Below, piece after piece: positions 49,624 to 59,950 of a stretch of DNA of 64,000 nucleotides. Within the stretch, counting starts at the first letter, position 1. Each line of letters starts with the position of its first letter. This stretch comes from Minisyncoccota bacterium (lineage in GTDB: Bacteria; Patescibacteriota; Minisyncoccia; Phycocordibacterales; UBA918). The position numbers and the translations under genes are program-made. Location of the stretch: the NCBI GenBank assembly GCA_041389025.1, contig JAWKSP010000003.1:4065-68064 (forward strand), in the 5' to 3' direction. The notes beneath the pieces were generated by a model. That model saw only the letters and a program-made list of their open reading frames with translations. It was not told where the DNA came from and did no database searches.

Positions 49624-50908
49624 GCATAAAGATTTTAATTTTATAAAAACAGTACAAGATATAAGTGAGTATAGTCTAAAAACAAATCGTCTCACGGTAT
49701 TGTATAAACACATTCCTGATACTGGGGTAATAACCAGTAATATTGTGTATTTAGCTGGAGCTCGTGACGAACTTATAGGTGAAACAGGAGTGGCACATAT
49801 GCTAGAACATATGGTTTTTAAACCAACCAAGTACGATAAAGAACGTGGTTTAAAGGATTCGGGAGCCATGAACTTTGAACGAAATACCGGCTCGGTTTTA
49901 AATGCTAATACTTGGAAGGATCGAACTTGCTATTATTTTTCGTATCGGAAGGAAAATTTTTCCAGAGTCTTACAAATTGAAGCTGAAAGGATGCAGGATG
50001 TTTTGCTTATTGATGAAGAATTTAAACCAGAACGTACAAATGTACTTAGTGAGTATGATATGTATAACGGTGAGCCGGAGTTTGCACTTTCGGTCGCTAT
50101 GGTTGGTACTGCTTACCATTCACATCCATACGGTCATGAGACAATTGGTTTTCGTGAGGATATTGAACGTTATACCACTGAAAAATTACAGCGTTTTTAC
50201 AAACGTTTTTATAGTCCAAATAACGCTACTCTAATAGTGGTTGGTGATATAGATGAAAAGTCTGTTTTGGATAAGGTAGCTGATTTGTTTAAAAATATAG
50301 CACCTGATCCAACGGTAGAAGATAGACCGGTAACGGTAGAACCAAAACAGGAAGGGGTAAGAAGGGTGGAGGTGGTACGTGCTGGTAATACCAATATCCT
50401 AGCCATTGGAGTTAAACATGGAGGATTTCCAACTAAAAATTGGTTTGAGACGATGCTTACTTTTAAGATGTTGGCAGGTGGAGCTGACAGTCTTTTTGGT
50501 AAACATTTGGTTGACACAGGATTGGCTTCAGCTGTGTCTTTTATGCAAGAGCCTACCAAGGATGAGAATTTAGGTATTATTTACATAACCTTAGCTGGTA
50601 AAACAAAGTCAGAAAAAATCGAAGAAAAAGTTCTACAGCTAATAAAAAATATTGACCAAAAGTGGCTTAAAAAACGCTTGAAAACTACAGTAGCAAAAGC
50701 TATCAGTAGTGAACTTTACGGTCGTGATAGTAGCTTAGATATTGCCGGAGAAATGACTGAGTATATTGCTTCTGGAGATTGGTCGACCTACTTTAAGACT
50801 AAAGAATTGTTAAGTAAAATTACTGTAAAAGACATTGAAAAAAATATTCAAGAATTATTTACTGAAACCAAGATGACGATTGGAAATTATAAAAGCTTCA
50901 AACAATAA
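49616..50908 (+). CDS. M16-family zinc peptidase (active subunit with HxxEH)
   Basis: HMLEHM inverted zincin motif and M16 N- and C-domains. Confidence 0.8.
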   Translation: MIKHKDFNFIKTVQDISEYSLKTNRLTVLYKHIPDTGVITSNIVYLAGARDELIGETGVAHMLEHMVFKPTKYDKERGLKDSGAMNFERNTGSVLNANTWKDRTCYYFSYRKENFSRVLQIEAERMQDVLLIDEEFKPERTNVLSEYDMYNGEPEFALSVAMVGTAYHSHPYGHETIGFREDIERYTTEKLQRFYKRFYSPNNATLIVVGDIDEKSVLDKVADLFKNIAPDPTVEDRPVTVEPKQEGVRRVEVVRAGNTNILAIGVKHGGFPTKNWFETMLTFKMLAGGADSLFGKHLVDTGLASAVSFMQEPTKDENLGIIYITLAGKTKSEKIEEKVLQLIKNIDQKWLKKRLKTTVAKAISSELYGRDSSLDIAGEMTEYIASGDWSTYFKTKELLSKITVKDIEKNIQELFTETKMTIGNYKSFKQ

Positions 50909-50912
50909 AATT

Positions 50913-52199
50913 ATGGAAATCAAAACTACAGATTACGATAACTTCAAATGCAGTGTTGTAGCCAAAGATACACCAGTAGTTTCTGTTATCATAACCGCTG
51001 ATTTACACGCCAGTAACTCACCACAAAACACTTTAGTTGGTGAACTTTTGACTGACTTATTGTTGGCTGGAGCTGGAAAATACAGTCGAGATGATTTTTT
51101 GCAGGCGGTAGCGGCTTTAGGTTCAAGTATAAACGTCTCGTTTAGTCAAGGACGACTGACTATTTCGTTAAAGTCATTAGCAGAGAATCTCTCTAAGACT
51201 TTAAAACTATTAGAAGTAGCTATCACAAATCCAACTTTTTCAACTTCCGAATACAAGCGAGCCACAAAGACTGTTAAAAATTCTTTAGAATTATATAAAG
51301 AAGAAGCGCGTACTTTGGCGGAAGATGCTTTAAAACGGTCTTTTTACGGAGAAACTGACCGACATTATCGGTATGAGCCGGTCGATTTAATTAAAGCATT
51401 AAATAAAATAAAATTAACTGATATAAAGAGTCTGCATAAAAGTTTTTTGACCACTTTTTGGTTTGTAAGTATCGGCGGTAACAAAAAATCAGTTAAAACT
51501 ACTTTGAGCTTATTTAAAAGACTAAAGAAGAAACCAGTTGTACCAAAAACAAATATGGCAATCGCTGTTTTAGCGGAAAAGAGTAAGAAGTCTAAAGTTT
51601 TAGTTGAGTTAGTGTCGAGTAAACAAAACGTAGAATTTTCTATTGGCGGGCATTTGCCTTTTGTTTTGGGGGATAAAGATTTTATGGCTTTTACCTTTGG
51701 TTTGACGGTTTTAGGTAAGTGGGGAGGGTTTGCTGGTCGATTAATGAGTACAGTACGAGAAAAAGAAGGACTTACTTATACAATCTATGCTCGAACAGAA
51801 GGTGTATCGAAAACTGAAACTGGCTATTGGCGGATTCTGACTTTTTTCGCACCAAAAGATGCGGTAACAGGAGTAAAATCAACTTTACGTGAAATTAAAA
51901 AAATTTATCAAGAAGGAATTACAGAAGAAGAGTGGGGTAGATTTAAAGAAATTTTAAAGACTGGAGAAGCTTTAAGTTATGATTCTTTAGCTGGAACAGT
52001 CAGTTTGGTGCATAGTGCTTTAGTATCAGGTATAGATTACGAAGAGTACAAAAAATATCAAAAAATGCTTTATGAGGTTTCAAGAGAGGATATAAATAAA
52101 ACCTTAAAACAATATCTGCTTCCAGAAAATGTTGTTATAAGTGCTGCCGGACCGATTGATAAGAAATTGGAAAAAGAGTTAAAGATGGTAATAAAATAA
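50913..52199 (+). CDS. M16-family peptidase partner subunit (no zinc motif)
   Basis: M16 fold similarity without HxxEH. This is the typical pairing downstream of the active subunit. Confidence 0.65.
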   Translation: MEIKTTDYDNFKCSVVAKDTPVVSVIITADLHASNSPQNTLVGELLTDLLLAGAGKYSRDDFLQAVAALGSSINVSFSQGRLTISLKSLAENLSKTLKLLEVAITNPTFSTSEYKRATKTVKNSLELYKEEARTLAEDALKRSFYGETDRHYRYEPVDLIKALNKIKLTDIKSLHKSFLTTFWFVSIGGNKKSVKTTLSLFKRLKKKPVVPKTNMAIAVLAEKSKKSKVLVELVSSKQNVEFSIGGHLPFVLGDKDFMAFTFGLTVLGKWGGFAGRLMSTVREKEGLTYTIYARTEGVSKTETGYWRILTFFAPKDAVTGVKSTLREIKKIYQEGITEEEWGRFKEILKTGEALSYDSLAGTVSLVHSALVSGIDYEEYKKYQKMLYEVSREDINKTLKQYLLPENVVISAAGPIDKKLEKELKMVIK

Positions 52200-52302
52200 A
52201 ACATCACTAGATGTATTTATAAATCAACAATATATAAAGTGTTAAAAAGATTTATCTGTTATTTCATATGTTAAAATTTTAAGGTGGCTATATAGAAATA
52301 TT

Positions 52303-52539
52303 ATGATAAAAGAAGAGAGTGGTTTTAAAATATCTTATGCTTTGTCCTTAGCTTTGCAACTAGGTTTTTTAATAGCTTCTTCCATCGTTGGTTTTTTAGG
52401 AATAGGTCTTTGGTTGGATAGTGTTTTTGAAACTGGGCCAACGTTCTTGTTGCTCGGACTTGTATTGGGTGTTGTGACTAGTGTATATGAATCGTATTCT
52501 TTAATGAAGCCTTTTACTAAAGTTAAGAATAAAAAATAA
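52303..52539 (+). CDS. Small membrane protein preceding atpB (AtpI/AtpZ-like)
   Basis: 78 aa with 2 TM helices, located at the head of the atp operon. Confidence 0.4.
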   Translation: MIKEESGFKISYALSLALQLGFLIASSIVGFLGIGLWLDSVFETGPTFLLLGLVLGVVTSVYESYSLMKPFTKVKNKK

Positions 52540-52541
52540 TT

Positions 52542-53279
52542 GTGTTAGATATAAATCTTCAGGCTGAGTACGTCATTGATCTATTCGGTTTTTACGTAAC
52601 CAATACTTTCTTAACCACTCTTGTAGCCAGTTTTCTTTTAATATTTTTAGCTACAACACTTTATGCTTACAGAGATAACAAAAAAAACTTTTTTGTAAAA
52701 AGTTGGCAGATAACTATTTACGAACTCTTGAAGCTGACCGACTATGTGACTGGTGATAGAAAGTTATCCAAAAAAATATTTCCAATTGTTGCAACTTTAT
52801 TTCTTTTTGTTTTTGTTACTAATCTAATCGCACTTATACCAGGTTTTTTGGGCTCTTTTTACGTTGATATAAATGATGAACATTTATCTTTATTTAGGTC
52901 CCCAAACAGTGATCTTACTACCACTTCAGCTTTAGCTATAATTGCTGTCTTTTCTATACAATATTTTTCAGTAAAGATGATAGGGTTAGCTAATTATATA
53001 AAAAAGTTCTTTAATTTAAGTGGATTTTTACCTTTTATTTTAGGCTTATTTGAAGCTATGTCTGAATTACTACGTATTTTGTCATTCTCATTTAGACTTT
53101 TTGGTAATGTTTTTGCCGGAGAAGTTTTGTTGACTGTAATTCTTTTTATAACACCTTTAATATTACCAGTACCATTTATGGTGTTGGAGGTTTTTGTTAG
53201 TGTTATTCAAGCCTTTATATTTTGTATACTTACTCTTACTTTTATCAGGCTTAGTGTTTCAAAGCATTTAGTAGGATAA
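52542..53279 (+). CDS. atpB: F0 ATP synthase subunit a
   Basis: Conserved SFSFRLFGNVFAGEVLL (essential Arg) near the C-terminus. Polytopic. Confidence 0.85.
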   Translation: MLDINLQAEYVIDLFGFYVTNTFLTTLVASFLLIFLATTLYAYRDNKKNFFVKSWQITIYELLKLTDYVTGDRKLSKKIFPIVATLFLFVFVTNLIALIPGFLGSFYVDINDEHLSLFRSPNSDLTTTSALAIIAVFSIQYFSVKMIGLANYIKKFFNLSGFLPFILGLFEAMSELLRILSFSFRLFGNVFAGEVLLTVILFITPLILPVPFMVLEVFVSVIQAFIFCILTLTFIRLSVSKHLVG

Positions 53280-53340
53280 CTTTTAAAAATCAGAATAACA
53301 CTTTGTTATACTAATCGTGTAGAGAAGTAAGATAGTTTTT

Positions 53341-53556
53341 ATGACACAAGATCCATCAGCGTTCACTATGGCAATCGGAGCTATTGGCCCCGCTCTTGCT
53401 ATTGGTATGATTGGAGCCGCCGCTCTCTTAGCAATGGCTAGAAATCCAGAAATTTCCGACAAGATTCAGGTAGCAATGATAATCGCCATTGCTTTTGCTG
53501 AGGCTATAGCAATTTATGTATTAGTAATAGCCTTAATACAAAAATTTGTTGGTTAA
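53341..53556 (+). CDS. atpE: F0 ATP synthase subunit c
   Basis: 71-aa hairpin with a GxGxGxG N-terminal helix (AIGPALAIGMIGAAA) and a carboxylate in the C-terminal helix. Confidence 0.85.
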   Translation: MTQDPSAFTMAIGAIGPALAIGMIGAAALLAMARNPEISDKIQVAMIIAIAFAEAIAIYVLVIALIQKFVG

Positions 53557-53601
53557 AATCAATCTACTGTCCGTTTACGTGAGACTTAGTGCATCTTTAT
53601 T

Positions 53602-53970
53602 ATGCATTTGCTAGGTACTTTAGGAATAAATATATGGCTTTTAATTGCGCAAATTATAAACTTTGCGCTTTTGTTGTGGATAATGAATAAGTTAATTTAT
53701 AAACCTTTAATCAATCGAATCGAAAAAGATGAGGCTATTATCGATAAAGCCCTTAAAACTGAAGCCGCTTTAGTTGAAAAAGAAAAAAAACTAGAACAAA
53801 AGCAAAAGCGTTATGAAACTAAGTTTAAAAATAAAGCAAAATTAATAATTTCAGAAGCTGAAGAAATAGCTGAAGAAATAAAAAAGACAGCCAAGGAAGA
53901 AGCGGAGCAAGAAAAGTCATCGGTATTAGCACAAATTCATCAGCGTTTACGTGAAGTTGATAGACTATGA
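53602..53970 (+). CDS. atpF: F0 ATP synthase subunit b (short)
   Basis: One TM segment and a long K/E-rich helix. At 122 aa it is shorter than typical b subunits. Confidence 0.7.
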   Translation: MHLLGTLGINIWLLIAQIINFALLLWIMNKLIYKPLINRIEKDEAIIDKALKTEAALVEKEKKLEQKQKRYETKFKNKAKLIISEAEEIAEEIKKTAKEEAEQEKSSVLAQIHQRLREVDRL

Positions 53971-55425
53971 AAGACAGTGTGTCTAAAATTGGAAAAATAG
54001 TTTCTTTTTATGCTGGGGTGGCTAGCATAAAGGGTTTAAAAAATGTTTTTGTACATGAGGTTTTGAATGATGAAAATAACCAGCCAGCGGCAGTTGTGAT
54101 TGGTTTTGATAACGAATACGTGGAAGCACTTTTTGTAGATGAAAATTTTGATATAACCAAACCTGTATATGCTTCCGGTAAACCGTTCTCCATTTCGGTT
54201 TCTGATGCTTGGTTGGGTCGAGTGGTGGACGGGTTTGGTCGTTCGATTGATGGTTTTGCTCCGATTCCCGAGGGTAAAGAAATGTCAGTTTTTCTTCAGG
54301 CACCACCATTGATTCATAGAAAACCAATTACCAGACCGTTGATTACCGGAATTAAGATAATAGATGCTACCTTGCCTCTAGGCCGTGGTCAAAGAGAGTT
54401 AATTATCGGTGATAGAAAACTAGGTAAAACTACTTTAGCTACTGATGTGGTTTTAAATCAAAAAAAATCCAAAGATCCAGTTTATTGTGTTTATGTTTTA
54501 TGTGGACAAAGAACAGCAAAATTAGTTAATTTAAAAAAGCAACTAGAAAAAAACAATGCTACTACCTATACTATCGTCATAGCTGCTTTAGCGAGTGATT
54601 CTTATTTATCACAATATTTGGCTCCTTTTGTGGGTTGTACTATAGCTGAACATTTTCGTAATACTGGTCGTGATTCTTTGGTTGTTTATGATGATTTGTC
54701 AAAACATTCTAAGGTTTATAGAGACGTGTCACTTATTTTAAGACGTGTACCTGGTCGCGAGACTTACCCTGGAGATATATTTGCTTTACATGCTACTTTA
54801 CTTGAACGAGCGGCTCAATTATCGGATGATCAAAGTGGAGGTTCTTTGACGGCTTTACCGATAGTTGAAACTTTAGAGGGTGATATTACCGCTTTTATAC
54901 CAACTAACATTATATCGATTACCGATGGTCAGATTTATTTAGAAAAAGGGCTGTTTAGAAAGAAATATTTACCAGCGGTAAATATTGGTTTGTCGGTTTC
55001 AAGAGTAGGAGCGGTAGTGCAACCGCCGGTATTAAAATCTGTTCTGGGTGGAATTCGTTTAATTTTAGCTCAACACAAAGAGTTACAAAAGTTGTCTCAA
55101 CTTGAGACTGTGGTCAGTGAAGCTGCTAAAACAAATATTCATCGTGGAGATTTACTTTTAAAAATTTTAACTCAACCAAAACATACTTTGGTTACTTTTC
55201 CTGAACAAACTATTTTATTTTATGCAGTTGAAAGTGGTTTTTTTGATGATTTGTCTGAAAATGAGTGGTTAGATTTTATGCATTTTTTCCTCAGTTTATT
55301 AAGGAGTCGTTATCAGAAGGTCTTACAAAGTATAGCTTTAGGAGTTTTTGATGATAAATCAAAAATGAAAGTTAAAGCCATCGTTGATGATTTTAAATCA
55401 GAGTTTATAGTGCAAAAGAAACAAT

Positions 55426-55448
<23 letters not shown>
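53967..55448 (+). CDS. atpA: F1 ATP synthase alpha subunit
   Basis: GRGQRELIIGDRKLGKTT Walker A in the alpha context, with alpha-type N- and C-terminal domains. Confidence 0.85.
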
Positions 55449-57631
<2,183 letters not shown>

Positions 57632-57635
<4 letters not shown>

Positions 57636-57865
57636 AATGCTCTATCTCCAAATTAAAGACTACAACAATCATTGACGATGTTTTTAATGTTACAGTTCCA
57701 ACTTCAACTGGAGAAATAAACATCAGATCAAACCATGCTGAATATTACGGGGTTACAGTAACAGGTAACGTATTGGTGATAAAAAATGATCAAACCAAAC
57801 AAACTTTCGGTATAGATTCAGGGATTTGCATGGTAAAAGATAACGAAATTTTGATTATTCAATAA
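57632..57865 (+). CDS. atpC: F1 ATP synthase epsilon subunit, beta-sandwich domain only
   Basis: 77 aa in the operon-terminal position with an epsilon-N-domain-like pattern. The C-terminal helical hairpin is absent. Confidence 0.55.
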
Positions 57866-57895
57866 GATATGTGTTCATTATTTATGCTACCTAGA

Positions 57896-57966
57896 TTGAC
57901 AGACTAATCTAAGAAGTGTATTTAAACTACATTTGCTATTGACATTTTAGTAAAAAAGTGTATAAC
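57896..57966 (+). promoter_or_regulatory. Two tandem sigma70-like promoters (TTGACA-17-TATTTA and TTGACA-16-TATAAC)
   Basis: Both have a TTGACA -35 and share an aagtgtat spacer/-10 context upstream of the 58023 ORF. Confidence 0.45.
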
Positions 57967-58022
57967 ATTTAAGAATTTGTAATTTGATTTTCAGATAAAA
58001 CTTTTAAAAAAGGAGGCTGAAA

Positions 58023-58496
58023 ATGCCAATGTTCATGTTTGAAATCGTGCAATCTGTCAAAGGTTCTCCTAATCCATCAGTTTATGATGAAGGATTGTCG
58101 TATACACCAGAACTTAGCGGAGCAGCTATGGTTGTTTACTGGGAATTTTTAAACGAAGAGGTTGCCAAAAAACACATAATAATAACAGATCATATAACCG
58201 AAAAAATTCCAGCTAGTGATAATCCTATTTGGTCTAAATACAGACAACTTGGTTCTGGTCTTGATATTTTTTATATCAAGCAACTGACTCCAGAAGAGGA
58301 GCTTGAGGTCAAAATGGCCATGGCTCGGGTGTTGTATAAAATGTATTTTGAGCTACTAGATCAGGAAACATTTGAAAGATTAACCGGACTAACGGTTAGT
58401 GTGGAAACATTGACGGAGCCAACAGCGCGAGAAAAAGGCCTTTTTTATAAAGAAATAAATGAAATAGTAGCTGAGGAATTTTACTGTGCTGTATAG
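58023..58496 (+). CDS. Hypothetical protein
   Basis: 157 aa with a strong SD (aaaggaggctgaaaATG), followed by a terminator. No motif was recognised. Confidence 0.5.
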   Translation: MPMFMFEIVQSVKGSPNPSVYDEGLSYTPELSGAAMVVYWEFLNEEVAKKHIIITDHITEKIPASDNPIWSKYRQLGSGLDIFYIKQLTPEEELEVKMAMARVLYKMYFELLDQETFERLTGLTVSVETLTEPTAREKGLFYKEINEIVAEEFYCAV

Positions 58497-58516
58497 GTAG
58501 TGAAATTCCTTAGTTA

Positions 58517-58559
58517 AACCGATATTGCGTTACTTAGTCACACAATATCGGTTTTTTTT
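58517..58559 (+). terminator. Rho-independent terminator
   Basis: aaccgatattg / caatatcggtt stem followed by T8. Confidence 0.75.
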
Positions 58560-58564
58560 GTTTC

Positions 58565-58632
58565 AATCCTCGCAAAATTGCCTTATTTAGTATAGTATAA
58601 TTTGGTTTTAGACACTTACGTAGTATTTTATA
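58565..58632 (+). repeat. Left copy of a 68-bp imperfect direct repeat carrying promoter-like boxes (TTGCCT...TATAAT)
   Basis: aatcctcgcaaaattgccttatttagtatagtataatttggttttagaca...gtattttata. About 85% identical to 61804-61872. Both copies start right after a terminator T-run. Confidence 0.8.
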
Positions 58633-58659
58633 CAAAAGTTTTATTGATACACCATAATG

Positions 58660-58688
58660 TTGACTTATAAGCAAATATATATTATATT
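58660..58688 (+). promoter_or_regulatory. Sigma70-like promoter (TTGACT, 17-nt spacer, TATATT)
   Basis: Consensus boxes about 85 nt upstream of the 58771 ORF. Confidence 0.45.
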
Positions 58689-58703
58689 CGCGTGAGTAGG
58701 TTA

Positions 58704-58740
58704 AAGCCTTTTTCGAAAGGTTTTGTTATTTTTTGTTTTT
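58704..58740 (+). other. Leader hairpin plus U-rich tract (terminator/attenuator-like) in the 5' UTR of the 58771 gene
   Basis: AAGCCUUU-UUCG-AAAGGUUU (8 bp, one G-U) followed by uguuauuuuuuguuuuuu. It lies between the promoter and the SD. Confidence 0.4.
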
Positions 58741-58770
58741 TGAATTGTAATTACTTATTAGGAGATTGAG

Positions 58771-59391
58771 ATGAGTTCAAAATCATCGCAACAAAAAAAT
58801 GTTAAAGTCAAAATTCTGATTCGTGGAATTTACCCAATACTTATGAATCCAGCTACGGAAGAGCTATTAAACCAACTTCCCGGAGCAGGTATATCGGCGG
58901 GGGCAAAGAAACCGAATAAAGACAGGACTCGTGAAGAGATTGCGGAAAGTCGAGTGATTCGAGATAAGAAGACAAAGAAAGTCGGTATTCCTGTCGAGTA
59001 CATGTATTCTTGTCTTAAGGAGGCGGGTCGTCATGTAATCTTTGAGGGTAAGAAGAAGATTTCTACCGCTGATTCTACTTTATTGTTTTCGTTTATGTCT
59101 ATTGACGAGCAATTTTTTCCGTTTATTGATCAAGATAGCGGTTATGAAATAGATGTTAGACGCGGAGTTAATCGTACCACCAAAGGCGCACAAGCAATCG
59201 TGCGTCCAAGGTTCGATACTTGGGCTTTTTACCTTACTATTGAGGTCGACACCAATGAAATCAATCTGGAAAAAGTCCGTATGGTGTTTGATCAGGCTGG
59301 TAAGAAAATTGGCTTGGCGGATTTTCGCCCTACCTGTAATGGGCCTTTTGGTCGGTTTGTGGTGGAAGAATGGAAAGAGATAAGTGCATAA
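58771..59391 (+). CDS. Hypothetical 206-aa basic protein; weak resemblance to a RAMP/Cas6-like Gly-rich C-terminal loop
   Basis: SD aggag. N-terminal beta-strand-like VKVKILIRGIYPILMNP. C-terminal IGLADFRPTCNGPFGRFVV Gly-rich segment. The Cas6/RAMP resemblance is an unverified guess. No confident homology. Confidence 0.5.
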   Translation: MSSKSSQQKNVKVKILIRGIYPILMNPATEELLNQLPGAGISAGAKKPNKDRTREEIAESRVIRDKKTKKVGIPVEYMYSCLKEAGRHVIFEGKKKISTADSTLLFSFMSIDEQFFPFIDQDSGYEIDVRRGVNRTTKGAQAIVRPRFDTWAFYLTIEVDTNEINLEKVRMVFDQAGKKIGLADFRPTCNGPFGRFVVEEWKEISA

Positions 59392-59468
59392 GGTGCTGTA
59401 CTGTACGGTACTGACCTGTGCGGTACGGTAAAGTAATCTGAAGTACTCTAGTCAACTCTTTTCTAAGG

Positions 59469-59559
59469 AGCTCGGTCCCTGTGAAGTCCAACTTCACAAA
59501 CCGAGCTATGTTCCGAGGATGTGTATCCTCGCTGATGATTCCGAAAGGATGAAAACAGA
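59469..59559 (+). ncRNA. Structured module A: 16-bp bipartite hairpin, AUGUUC linker, 6-bp hairpin (loop UGUGUA), CUGAUGA, 3-bp GAAA-tetraloop hairpin, GAAA
   Basis: AGCUCGGU...UGUGAAGU-CCA-ACUUCACA...ACCGAGCU. Then CGAGGA-UGUGUA-UCCUCG CUGAUGA U-UCC-GAAA-GGA-U GAAA ACAGA. Confidence 0.55.
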
Positions 59560-59636
59560 ATCATATAATGTATAGGCTCTCTCGTGAGGCGTACTGTCTG
59601 GTACTGCTTTGTACCGAATTGTCCCGTGAAGTGCGG

Positions 59637-59724
59637 ATCCGTGTCCCTGTGCTTCTGCATAAACACGGATAGCTCTCAAGGTGTGTACCTTGACTGATGA
59701 TCCTAAAAAGGTGAAAGTAAAAGA
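59637..59724 (+). ncRNA. Structured module B: diverged copy with compensatory changes in both small helices
   Basis: AUCCGUGU...ACACGGAU hairpin, AGCUC linker, UCAAGG-UGUGUA-CCUUGA CUGAUGA U-CCU-AAAA-AGG-U GAAA GUAAAAGA. Both small helices covary relative to module A. Confidence 0.55.
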
Positions 59725-59805
59725 AATTCACACAGTCTCGTATTTTAAGCTTTTGACCTGTTTAGATGCGTGTACAGCCGTGAAGACTAGTATTCTCTTC
59801 TTTGG

Positions 59806-59908
59806 AGTCTGGTCCCTTTAAGTTATATTCATAAAATATAACTTAAAAACCAGACTATGTTCCGAGGATGTGTATCCTCGCTGATGATTCCGAAAGGATG
59901 AAAACAGA
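59806..59908 (+). ncRNA. Structured module C: the 3' 52 nt are identical to module A, while the upstream hairpin has a different, fully compensated sequence
   Basis: AGUCUGGU/ACCAGACU outer stem (A has AGCUCGGU/ACCGAGCU). The inner stem is 12 bp, UUAAGUUAUAUU/AAUAUAACUUAA, unrelated to A's. The AUGUUC...GAAAACAGA core is then identical. Confidence 0.55.
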
Positions 59909-59950
59909 GGTATTTTGAAAATCAAATATTCTCAAAACAGGAGAGAAATT

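Noticed and set aside
58565-58632. Insertion-sequence terminal inverted repeats or a transposase in the 58.5-61.9 kb cassette
   Set aside because: The flanking repeats are direct, not inverted. No transposase, integrase or recombinase ORF is present.
59513-59559. Complete self-cleaving hammerhead ribozyme
   Set aside because: CUGAUGA, helix II and GAAA are present. However, 10.1-11.1 is U-U, position 15.2/16.2 would be an A-G mismatch, and no convincing 3-bp or longer helix III with a UH cleavage triplet could be drawn in any of the three permutations. This is kept as hammerhead-core-like only.
59392-59950. CRISPR array
   Set aside because: The units are about 90 nt, separated by about 80-170 nt of non-uniform spacing. 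One unit is diverged with compensatory changes. There are no short identical repeats, no regular spacers and no cas gene set.
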